From positions 62,001 to 126,000 of the forward strand of contig NW_003314379.1 in assembly GCF_000143415.4 (NCBI RefSeq): 64,000 nucleotides of DNA. Direction: 5' to 3'. Below, in pieces: positions 11,479 through 22,259 of the stretch. The first letter of the stretch is position 1. Each line of letters begins with the position of its first letter. This DNA comes from Selaginella moellendorffii (taxonomy: Eukaryota; Plantae; Lycopodiophyta). Position numbers and translations under genes: made by a program. The notes under the pieces are model-generated. The model saw nothing but the letters and a program-made list of their open reading frames with translations. It searched no databases and was not told where the DNA came from.

Positions 11479-13563
11479 ATGGCTCCGAAGCGCGAGTCTG
11501 AGAGCATTCATGAGTTTCTCAGTTCAAGGTATCCTTCCCACCGCAAACTGGAAGATGGTGTCAAGAGGCTGGCAAATGCGGGGTTCCATAAGCTGGATGA
11601 CCTAGCCAATGTCAACTTCAGGTCTCTCCGCTGCCACCTTTCGGCTCTCTTTTGCATTGCGCTTCGCGACTATATGAGGCCTGACGCCACAGACCATGGT
11701 ATGGTGTGTCTTCCCTTTGTGGTTTTGTGTTCACATCCTTCTTGTGCAGTGGAAGACGACTGCACATTGGAGTGGGGTTTTGAGTGTACGGAGGTGACCG
11801 TCGCTCTGCGGCAAGAGAATGAAATCCTGGAGCTGCCTGCTCAGTACAGTCCGATTGGTCCTCCTCCTGATTCTGAGGAGGAAATAATTGAGCAAGCTCC
11901 AGACGAAGAGGTGAGACTGTTGTTTTCTTTTTCTTTCTCACGTTCCGCATGAATTCAGGACCTAGGCGAAGAATTGGAAATGATGGAGAATGCTTATAAT
12001 GATCTACCGGAACCTGCTCAGCCGGGTAAGTTGAGCATTACTCTGACGATTCCTGTCTGAGTGTTGTTCATAGCAGGACTGCTGGAGCTGAAAATGTACG
12101 TGTTCTCATCAAAGCGGTCTAAGCGGGCCGTAGAGAGGATTTGGTGCAAGACTAGTGGCACCAAGATCTTAGAGAGGCGGAGCTATGTGAGTCTTCAGGA
12201 AAGGGTGCAGGCACGTTGGGACGCCGGAGTTAAGGCAGTTCTGCTAGTTGGAGTGCCTGGGATTGGCAAGACCGCCTTTATCATCTGCATGCTGCTCAGT
12301 TTAATGAAGCAGAGGAAAGCCATTGCACTACAGACCAAGGGAGGAGATTTCTTCCTATTTGAACCGCAGCCTGTGGAAGCGCCGGGTACTGGCGAGGCTT
12401 ACGCGTGTCTGAAGCTGAGAAACAAGTCCGTTCTATACGACCCCGAAGTCTACTTTTTGGTGGATGGCAAGATGCCTGACGTCCCTTCATTCAGCTGCAA
12501 GTCATTACTTGCCACCATCCCCAAGCTGCTCAACTTCCAGGATTACGAGAAGGATGGCCGTGGAGATCTTGTCTTGCTACCGGTCTGGTCTGCTGCGGAG
12601 ATCGCACTGGCTTGGCAGGAGATATTTGATCCGAGACTGCCAGCTCTCGCACATCTTCAGGAAGCTGCTGTGGAGAATGCGAAGTTGATTGCCTTGCTTG
12701 AAGCAAGAAAGAAGCTGACACTAGATGTTGTGAAAGAGCGGTACAAGAAATGGGGTGGCACGGCTGGGTTTGTGCTGGAGAAGCCGCACGTAGACTTGGA
12801 TGAAGTAGTAAGAGGTTTGCAGTCCGTACAGCAGACAGTTGAATTGGTGGGCAGGCAGGTGGCTGATGGAGACCATCCATCCCACAAGGTAGTGCACCAG
12901 AGGGTGAAACAGGGATACGCCAGCTACGAGTACATGTTTGCTTCTCCGTACCTGTCCGAGGCTGCCCGAAAGAAGCTTAAAGAGTCAACAAGTGGGGCAT
13001 TACGGCTGTTCCTGTCCTTCAAGGGTTTGGCAGCGCACGGTGTAAATGGTTGCAAGGGCAATGTATTTCAGCACGAATTCAAGTCACTGGCTCGCGGAGT
13101 TCAGCGATTCAAGGTTCGCCAAGTCTATGAAGATACAAGCCTGGATGACCAGGAGATGGTGTTCAATTTCGGACAGCCTTTCGAAGTTCCAAAACTGGAA
13201 AGCTTACCAGTTGCTGCTCCTGTGAATCAGATCATCTGGCCAGAGTCTGCTGTTGAAGAAACAATCGATGCTATGAAGATTGTGCGACTGGCGGGTCGGC
13301 TAGACGTTTTGGAGGTGTACCAAGTGACCCTCAGTTCTGCAAGGCATGCGCATGGCCTCAAGTACGCAGCAATGTTGAAGGTGATGCACAAGTTTGGAAT
13401 TCCTCCTCACAGGGTCAAGGTATACATCGTTACTACATCCGAGCTTTACCCTGAAGCTGGCTATCAAAACTGGAGGAAGTCCAGGAACCTCGTGCTCCGG
13501 GATGAAAGAATCCTGCGGAGGCTAGTTGGGATCACTCAGTACGTTCTGGATAGTGGAGTGTGA
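11479..13563 (+). CDS. Crinkler (CRN/RHS)-type protein: SAM-like header, acidic linker, P-loop NTPase, REase-fold C-terminus; 4 exons
   Basis: Frame-consistent exons 11479-11698, 11750-11910, 11959-12025, 12077-13563 with GT-AG introns of 48-51 bp. Walker A LVGVPGIGKT, Walker B YFLVDG, CRN motifs LPVWSAAEI, RYKKWGG, SHKVVH, FASPY, GNVFQ, P..TIDA..YQVTLS..H. Telo-box-like tagggttt just before the ATG. Confidence 0.8.
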
Positions 13564-14493
13564 GTTGTGATGATTTCAGTGTTTTGCAATGAGTTTACCG
13601 TTAATCGCAAAGCAGAATTCAAGAAATCGCGCATCTGATAGCAAAGGAGATGATGGCTAGATTGGGGTACTGGAGCAGGAGAAGATGCAAACCAGCAAAT
13701 CAAGTAGCAGCAGAAGACGACAATCAAAGATTGATATCAGATCCGGAAGCAGGAAAACTATCATACTGGACGAAGAGGCTGCAGAGCTCCCGAAACCACA
13801 GTCGGAACACACTTCTGTCATACCAAACGTCTTCGGAACGCCCCTTCCAGTTGCCCAGCAGTGACCCCGGCGATCAACTCTGGATACTATTTACATCCGT
13901 AGCTCGGAGTATGTGCAGGAACTGGTCAGAGCAGTTCTCTCCCCAGTACAAATCCAAATTCAACTTCAAGCAGCAGGAGGACCACACAGCAGTCTGGATT
14001 TCCGTCTTCGATCTTCAGAACCACATAGATCTCAAGCATGTTGACTCGGCTTTGATCCTAAATCAGTTCATATCATTCAAAAACTGAAATGACGAAGAAG
14101 AAAAACACAAATCCATACAACTGCAACAAGCCACGTCTTTTGAAGCTCTCGCTTTCTTCACAATAAGATCAACAGCACTTATTGTATCATTAAATAATGT
14201 GAAGGCTTTTCCTCCTGTCGATTCGTAAGTCTCTTTTTTTTTTGTTGGTTATCAACTGTTTCGACCAGATCTGAAAGAGCAACGCTGTGTTCAGTATGTC
14301 ATATGAATCAGTCAGAATCTGAACATACATATTCATTGGTTTTTGGAAGGTTCCGCCGCATGTTTCTGTAAAGCACGTCTTCTTTTGCAACATTCCTTCG
14401 TTTACAACAAGATAGGAGAGATCTGAGTGACTAGCGGTAGTTCTCGACTTAACAACTTGTTGGCCATCAGCCAGACATTCGAAAATTTTAGTT

Positions 14494-14565
14494 TGATCCG
14501 TGTTATTGTAGGCATGACACTGGACTCTGCATCCAGTATCTGGAGTTCAAATCTCGGCGGAACCT
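14494..14565 (+). pseudogene. tRNA-Gln(CTG)-derived pseudogene
   Basis: 72 nt collinear with plant tRNA-Gln(CTG): gacactggactctgcatccagtatctggagttcaaatctcggcggaacct. Acceptor, D and T stems contain mismatches. Confidence 0.75.
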
Positions 14566-14659
14566 TGCAAATTTGCAAAATACTGACCACCGACGGCGTT
14601 GAAAAATTCCATGCTCTGATAGACAGTCCGTAATCGTAGATGATAAACTAAGCATCGGA

Positions 14660-14731
14660 TTATGTCCAAATGGTTGGTAGTGACACTCGACTCTGAATCC
14701 AGTAACCTGAGTTCAAATCTCGGTGGTACCT
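14660..14731 (+). pseudogene. Second tRNA-Gln(CTG)-derived pseudogene
   Basis: 3' part gacactcgactctgaatccagtaacctgagttcaaatctcggtggtacct is near-canonical. The 5' acceptor/D arm is degenerate. Confidence 0.75.
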
Positions 14732-15089
14732 AATACTAAAAAATGTTTTAACTTTTGCTCCTCTGTATGCGATGTGGTGCTGATATATCCTGCATAATTC
14801 ACTTGTTGATTGTTCTCAACCACGCGTGCACTAACTGTGAGCTTGTGGACTTGCAAAGGTTTCGCGCCAAGGTATGATGTTCGTGCTAAGCTTTCTATGG
14901 AATCCTCACCTCTCGTTGAGGCAGTGCTCAAGGTGGCCACGGACATTCCCCACTGCAAGCCATCTCTACCCCTGGATCATCTGGCTAAGCTACTGGACAT
15001 CCTCCACAAGCAAAGGCTCTACTACAAGCTCGCTCCATCGTCCAGGTCAGTCCATTCCAGTAAGTTGGATTCCATTTGACATCATCGCT

Positions 15090-15425
15090 CCTCCCAGATT
15101 GCCGGGCTCTCGCCGGGTCGGCCGGCTTCAAGACTTGGAGCTCGGGCAGTCGCACATGTTTGATCCGCGGCTCCAGAGCAAGAGGCTCAACGTAGTGGGC
15201 GTTTCCTGGGAGAAGGGGTTCAACCAGGTGATCGAGCTGTCGGCCGAGATCCTGTCCACCGTGAAGTTCATCCCGGCTTACTTTGAGGAGATATAGGCAA
15301 GTACGTGTTTGGCATCGACGACATGCAAGGCGCTGGAGATGAGAAGCTCATCGTGTGGGAGGCCCTGGAGGTGACGCGCAAGCACTTCGTGAGCGGCGAG
15401 ATCAGCATCAAGCACCTCGATGAAA
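15090..15425 (+). pseudogene. eRF1 (eukaryotic release factor 1) gene fragment
   Basis: [20 protein letters not shown]...[24 protein letters not shown] and GKYVFGIDD..LIVWEALEV..GEISIKHL match eRF1 M/C domain motifs. Contains deletions, a stop and frameshifts. Confidence 0.85.
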
Positions 15426-16179
15426 AGTCATTACTTCAAAAGGATTGCTTTTACTGTGGAATAAAACATATATGTAGAGGAGTTACACAAGGAGTGCAAT
15501 CTAATTTCAAGCTTCCTGGTTCTAATAAGTCAGGCTTGACCAGACTAACGAGTAGATCTCTGCGATCCAATTCACTAAGTACGATTTCGCCATCGGTTCT
15601 ACTCTTGAAACGCAGCTGATACACAACCGCCTGCACATCTAGAGATTGATTTTGTGCTAAAGAGAAATCCCCAATAACCACCTGATCCAGCAACCTTGCT
15701 AATATGGCTTTAACGACCTTTGCCGCCTATGTCTGATTAGGTTAGGTCAGGGCAAACAGTTGCAATTAGGTCATGGGGAAGAAATGCCGTGTTGTGCTTC
15801 CGTATCGATCCGTATCGATGGTTTTACCGTGGTTGCCGCGCTATCTGGCGGAGCTTCCGGATATCACGGTCTGTCTGTTGGGATGGTGCCAGCATCGAGA
15901 CCATCTCCCACTCGGTAGGAGATTTGACCGATGCAAAGCCAGTTTCTGTGTTTGACGCAGTCAAATTTGCAGTGGATGAGTACTACAACGACATGGTGAC
16001 AAGGATTGAGCTTTCTGGTAAGACGAGGAAACTGCACGTGCTGCTATGACTGATTCTGAAAATCAATTGAACTTGTGGGATAATTAAAGGATTCTCTACT
16101 TTCATGATCCAAGGGAGAATTGTGCATGTGGGGAGAATGGTGGGCAGAGTACGTAATTGGCGATCCCCACCAAGGGGTT

Positions 16180-17420
16180 CCCCGTGATTGTGTATTCACT
16201 GGTTTTGGTGGGCCGAGGTGTGCGGAATCCTTCACAGGATGGAGATACTCCCAGGTAGTGGCGGCCGCAGCCCAATCGATCAAATCAAGCTTCTCTCTCC
16301 GGTTCTGTGGGGCAGCAATCAGCATTTCCGTCCTGACAGACAGGAGAGTCAGCAACTAGGAGAAGCTTGCAGCTGAGCTCCAGCTGGAGGAGATAGCTGG
16401 TGTGGATCTCAGCTGGAGTTTGAGTCTCCATAACTCAAGAGGTGCTCAGTCCCAATGGGAGACATGTTGTGTGGTGGCTATGGCTGTGTTAGTGTGTCTG
16501 TTGTTCCTCAGACGTGCTCCTGTGTTTGTGGCTTTTGCCAAAGCTGCTGGGGGAGCATCATGGCCGAAAACGCTGGGGACTGCTAAATGCAGTGTCTGTT
16601 CTATGAGTTTTAGGGGGGATGCGTACAGCTATGGAGTGATCCTGCGGGATATCTTGAGTGGCACTGGGGTCAAGGATGTGGAGGGAGGCAACCTGATCTG
16701 GGTCAAGTTTGGCCAAGGAGCTGAGGTGTTGGAATGGACATCTCCAACGGGCCTTACATATGTTAGGCACCAACTTTGACCATGTGGTCAACGCAAGTCA
16801 AAGGGAGGCTCAAGAGTATATTAAGGCATATTAAGGTAAGGGACTTAACTTATCCTAGGGTTTATAATGGAGTTTTTGAGGTAGTTTGGGGGTGGTTGGG
16901 TGGTGAAAAGAAAGTATAATGTAGTCTAGGAAGATTAGATTTTTGTCTTTTTGCACTGGATTATAACATTAATATTAGAGCTTAATTTGATTCTCTTGGG
17001 CTGACAAGTGGGGCAAAAATATTCTAAAGATATATTTAACACAGTGGATCTAGAGGTTTGGTAGACCCTAAAAGAAGGTGACTGGAAGGTGGAACCAAGA
17101 GGATTGTTAGGCACCAGGTCAAAATAATAGAATAAAGAAAGGGCCTTGAAATCAAGTGATCACTCCTTTAATCAACTGGCTTAGGGTGTAAGGGATAGAA
17201 TCCTAACAACATGTGATCATGCCGGATTAGCTGCCAATGCCGTTGTGGCAAACCATGGTGTTGGTTGTGGATGAGCTCTGGGGGCAGGGCAAGGAGATCA
17301 ATCACCCCTGGAAAGTGGAGATTCTCGGCCAGGTATTGCAAGTGGCGAGCCTTTGCATCCAGCCAGGAGGCCCAACATGCTCCAAGTTGCTAGGAGACAT
17401 TGAAGAGGAAGGTCACTAAC
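16180..17420 (+). pseudogene. LRR receptor-kinase relic (EMS1/EXS-like kinase C-terminus)
   Basis: RGDAYSYGVILRDILSG..KDVEGGNLIWV and PWKVE..QVLQVASLC..RRPNMLQVAR resemble kinase subdomains IX-XI of EMS1-like RLKs. Heavily deleted and interrupted by AT-rich DNA. 5' boundary uncertain. Confidence 0.6.
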
Positions 17421-18774
17421 CTCTTGGCTGGAATAAAGGACAGTGGTTAAAAGTTTTTAAAGCTTTTTTCTTTTGTATGTCATTAAGATATTTGTTGTAC
17501 TTCTCCACAAAAGCTGCAGCAAGTAGATTAATGTTTGAACTGTTTTCTCGATTTGATTTGATACTCATAAGTCAAGTTGATGCTTGAGCTTTGCGTGGTT
17601 TATACATCATGCGTTATTTGCTATATCTTGTGATGTTTTCACTTTGTTGCTTTGATAGTTTTATTTTCTAGTATCTATCAAGGGACAGAAAAATATGAGG
17701 TGCTTAACATTACAACATAGTTAGTTTTGATTGAATACTTACTGAAACCAGCACGATTCCTTCTAGATGACTGACTTGATGTGCAAGAGATTCAGCTGCT
17801 TCTCCAGGAAAAGCTCAAGCTTGATCAGGTATGCAAGTCCATTTCCTTGCTCCAAGTTGCTAATTGTCGTCTCGTTTCCAGGAGATCAAACACCTAAACA
17901 ACAGCCAGGAGCTTCCAGTCAAATGCCAATCAAAAGAAATGTGTGCACTTTTTTTGTCCTTCTAATGAGTATTTATATATTATAGAAAAAACTCAGAATT
18001 CACTACATGCATATAGTATATAAAACTAGAAACTCATATTAATATGAGTTTTTTCAACTATATATTCATCTGCCACAAAAGTGTTATACTCTGAAGCTCC
18101 TTCAAGTATAGCTTACTAATTCAGGAGAACCAAGTTTGAGAACAGCCCCAAACCAAAAGAGACACTTTTTGGTAAAACTGCATGAGTTCTTCACCAGGCT
18201 TCACACTTCTTCCAACTTGTGACTTATTGTGTCATAAAAGCTAGATAAAGAATATTAGAATCTGAAGCAATGATGATAAGAATAAGGTTTTTTTTAAAAG
18301 GTGGTTTTTCTAGAAAGTCCTCTTGCTATATATAATTTTAATGCATTGGCCACAAATAAAAATAAGAAAGGAGCCAATGGACATCTTTGTCTTACTGATT
18401 GTTGTAACTTAATTGTGTTGCCAACAGCCCCATTTATTGTGACTTTGCTTGATGCATTTAACTGTACATCTTATGAATTTATCTGGAATACCAATTTTTT
18501 TCATTGTATTTTGTAAAAACTATCTTATGCCTTCTCATAATCTAGCAGAATTAGTGCCATCTGCAATCCACAATCTTTAGTTAATATGTTGTCTACTTTT
18601 TTAGGATAAGTGCAATAATCTTGTCAAATGCTCTTCACAGCCATTTTCTTATATGCATCACCTCGTTCCAAGTGCTTAAAACTTCCAGCCCTATCCATTC
18701 CCAGTTGCTTTATAAAATGTTTATAGCATTCCATCTTCCCTAGGCATTTGGTCATCATTCAAATCCTTTACTAC

Positions 18775-20125
18775 TAGGGGAAGTACTTAACTCAGCCAAA
18801 GACATATTTTCTCATCGAGCTTAATGGAAGTTATAAAACACCTACCAGAAAGTTTACGTTAAGTAGTATTGACGAAGAGAAAGCAGCAATACTTTGAGGC
18901 CAATGTTAAAAAGTAGAAAGGCAACGCCAGATTCAGCAATAGCTTTGGTTCTGTGTACATTTCGGATTAGATGGAGCGAGTGCGGACCAATTAGCACCCC
19001 AGCGGCCAAATACCCTAGGACAGGACTTCCTGTAAGACTTACCAGTAAAAACACATCCGAGAGAGTCAGGGAGCAGTTGATTTTCTTGTCATTGTAAAAC
19101 GCACTACCTCCAGGAACCTTTTGAAAAACGGGAACAAAGACCACGCTTGCCAAGAGCAGCCACAAAACATCAAAGAGAGAGGCCTCCTCTTCATTGACCT
19201 GCACATCATGCAATACAAAAATTAAAGACCACGCATGCACCTCGACGCATACCTCTTGCTTTGACCTTGATCCCCCGAGAAGAGTGAAGACGGCGAAAAC
19301 TCTTCTGCTTCATCGAACGAAAAGAAAGACATCGACTGGAACCTCCGGTAGTTCTGCCACAATAGTGTCCTTGATCTCCACTTGTACGAGCTCCTCTACT
19401 ATGGGCTCTGCTTCGATGGTGGAATCTAGCATCTGATCATTTTTCTCGACGGTGGTGGTCGTTGTGGCCGTGGTAGTAACGGTGGTGTTTCAGCCTTTTG
19501 TAGAGCAATCCCTGATCATTGCGATGCTATGCTGCCTCGAGTTCCACCGCCACGGATTGCAGCGACATCGCCTTCACCTTGGCAGGCCGCGAGCACTGGA
19601 AGGATGCAAGTGGGGGATGCAAGTGTTGGGCAGCCGAGGCTAGACCTTGGGTGCCCAGCTCCACACCCACGCAGGTGGCCTGCATCCAGAGTGTCTACAT
19701 CCCGCCTCGCACAAGGACAAGGACAACTACCTCCTGGGATCCATCTTCAGCGCCCGACATATCTAGGGCCTGATATGTCCGGGGCCTGACATGTCCAGGG
19801 CCTGAGGTATGCCACATGGCATAGAAGTGTAGAAGAATCGAGTCCAACGGCTTTGGAAGAGATCAAGCTCAGCTTGGAGCTCCTTCGTCGGACTTTGGGA
19901 GCTCCAACCGCGCAAACTCGAGAAGAGCTCACGATTCGGCCTCTCGAGCGTGAAGTTTTTCGAAGGCAGTACTGGCACTCAGCAGTCGATAGCCTCATCG
20001 CCCAGAGCAATGGCTCGCTCGTCGCCTTTGAGCTTGCATACCTCAAAGAGGTAGACGTCCTTGTCCACCACTCCCTGTTGCTGCTCCTATCCTCGTCCAC
20101 CTCCGCTCCTAAACCTCCTCTAAGC
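18775..20125 (-). pseudogene. Decayed copy of the KEA1/2 5' half
   Basis: [46 protein letters not shown] nearly identical to 31980-32290 including introns. N-terminal coiled-coil exon present only as deleted fragments. Confidence 0.9.
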
Positions 20126-20229
20126 TATCTTTTCATAATCGTAAGAAGGGATCGAACCGTGGAACTTGAAACAATGCTTGGCATGATGAATTCATAGAAT
20201 TCCTAATCGCATTCCTTTAATCAGAGCTC

Positions 20230-20440
20230 GACGGTACGTACGCTCACAGGTACTTTTGGTACCAACGATGAGTTGAACTCCTTCCCGACGTCAATTGCAG
20301 CCAGTGACGTATAAAATCCAAGTCGTGTGATCCTAAAGCTCCTGTTATCGTGTCCAAGGTTGGTATCCTCGTAGCCAGCCTCAGCAAAGTGGCGAGGTCA
20401 TGCCAGAAGGCACTGAGAAATACCTTACGTCTACCCCAGG
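20230..20440 (+). pseudogene. Remnant of the unknown gene at 29.3-30.1 kb (inverted duplicate)
   Basis: ggtacgtacgc..tacttttggtacca, gtataaaatc..gtgatcctaaag and tgtccaaggttgg..gcctcag..gtggcgaggtcatg match the reverse complement of 29510-29880. Confidence 0.7.
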
Positions 20441-20534
20441 TTAACTTCCGAAGAAGTGATGTTCCCGATGAAACTTTTCAAGAATCTAGAGCATCTCCTT
20501 TTAAGTTGGCTTGATCAATGTACATACATTTTTG

Positions 20535-22008
20535 TCACTGCCAAGCACAGCCTTCAAATGCGGATGTTTCCATAGAATGCATGTGGTTGCACCAGTGCTG
20601 GATTGCTGTGTATGGAGGCTCCGACTTGAATCTAGCTTCCTGGGTGCGCCACAGCATCCGACACTGCGCAGGCACATCAAAGAGCAACGGATGTGCCTTG
20701 ATACGACCAGGAAAAGCTTGCGAGAGCTCCTCAAAAGCGGCAGGAACTTGCGGCCGAAAGTCAGGAGGCTCATCCCTGTAAACGAAGCCTCTCAAATCGA
20801 GCAGCCTCACGCAATCGCTGCTCCGCATGAGTTCCCACAGAAAATCTATGTCGTCGCTCTCCCAGATGCCGCCACTCTCGTTCCTGAATGCTGCCTCGAT
20901 GAACACCATCAAGGGCGATTGTCTGCTGCTCCACTCGTCCAGGCTCAGCGCCTGCAAAGAAAAAGCGAATCAGTGACAGTGAGTTAAACACGAATCAACT
21001 TACCTTGATGCTTGTACGAGCAATTCTCAAGACTTCAAGTCCATGGAAGAGCTCTAGAAAGGCTGCGAGCTTAAAGGAGCGAGGCTGGAAGTCGTGATCC
21101 CCCACAAGCAAGCTCAACTCCTTGACGCCACCCAAGCTTGGCACCAATGGCAACACACGCTCCAGCACATTGGCGGGGCTCCGGAAGGAGTTGCTGAGCG
21201 TGATCGACTTTAACTTGTTCAATGAGTGACACAGTCCCTGGTGGCGAACACGTCCATGCAACTGCACCCACTCGATGTTGCATGTCGAAGGCCGCAGCTC
21301 CACGCACGGCCCTGAGCTGACAGTGAGCCACCGGAGCTTGGGCATGTCAATGGCAATGGTGGCAGCGCCGCCACAGCGACTTCGAATCTCCAAACAGTCG
21401 AGGCTGCTGCTCTTGAGAAGCTCTACGTGTGATTCCTCCGGCACTGCCATACTCCCCAGGCAGAAGAAGATGAGCGAGGGACACTGCTCGAGGAGCTGCT
21501 GGACGGCACAGACATCCACGACTGTGACGAAGATGACGCAGTAGAGCAGGTTGCGGAGAGCCATAGTTGGCGGCAACGCGGTGCCAACGTTGGCGTATAT
21601 GTGGAGGCAGCGCAGCTCGTGACACTCCGAGACGCTGGACCAAAAGTCTTCAAACTTTTGCTTTGGTGGGCGGCGGAGGCGTAGCGAGTGGAGCGTTTTC
21701 CCGAGCACCTGTAGCCAGCGAGTGGAGCTCGCATTCTTGCGGTAGCAGGGGAAGCGTGCGATGTCCAGGTAGCGGAGATTGTTGCCATGATCTGGATGGA
21801 ACCAGCGGATGAGTCCTTCCTCGGTGGAAGGGCTTGACGAATCCAGGCGGAAGTGAGTGACCCGCGTCGCCAAATCCTTCCACTTCTTGCTTACCAGGCC
21901 ACAGCAATGCAGGTGACGCGAGGAGAGGAGTCGCGACATGATCCGCACCAGCAACTCATCCGGGAGATCGTCCAAGCACCTCCGCCGCTCCTTGATGCTG
22001 CTAGCCAT
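20535..22008 (-). CDS. F-box/LRR-type protein, 2 exons
   Basis: F-box LDDLPDELLVRIMSRL..CGLVSKKWKDL followed by LRR-like repeats. Phase-0 intron 21003-20952 joins ORFs 20995-22008 and 20535-20957. Confidence 0.88.
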
Positions 22009-22259
22009 CGAGTAAAGAAACCCTAGCCCGAATCCAATGTGTCACAAATGTGGCAGCCAGCTGTAGATTATATGCTTGCCACGTCGTTAGTGAGCTGGCA
22101 TCCAAAACATCAAAAAGTATTTTTCACAATTTCATGCTTTTAATCACTGTCTTCTTCACCCCCCATAATTCATCCATGGCAAGGTTGTGAACCATCCTGT
22201 GATGTACTTCCATTAGATTTCTTGTTCTTTCGTTTTTCTTTGCCCACGAGATTTCTTGT

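Noticed and set aside
13650-14087. 145-aa ORF after the CRN gene as a partner/immunity gene
   Set aside because: No recognisable motif or splice support.
14494-14731. Functional or suppressor tRNAs
   Set aside because: Anticodons are CTG and the acceptor/D stems are broken.
18740-18780. Helitron 3' end at CTAG
   Set aside because: No GC-rich subterminal hairpin and the next base is not T; kept only as a hypothesis.
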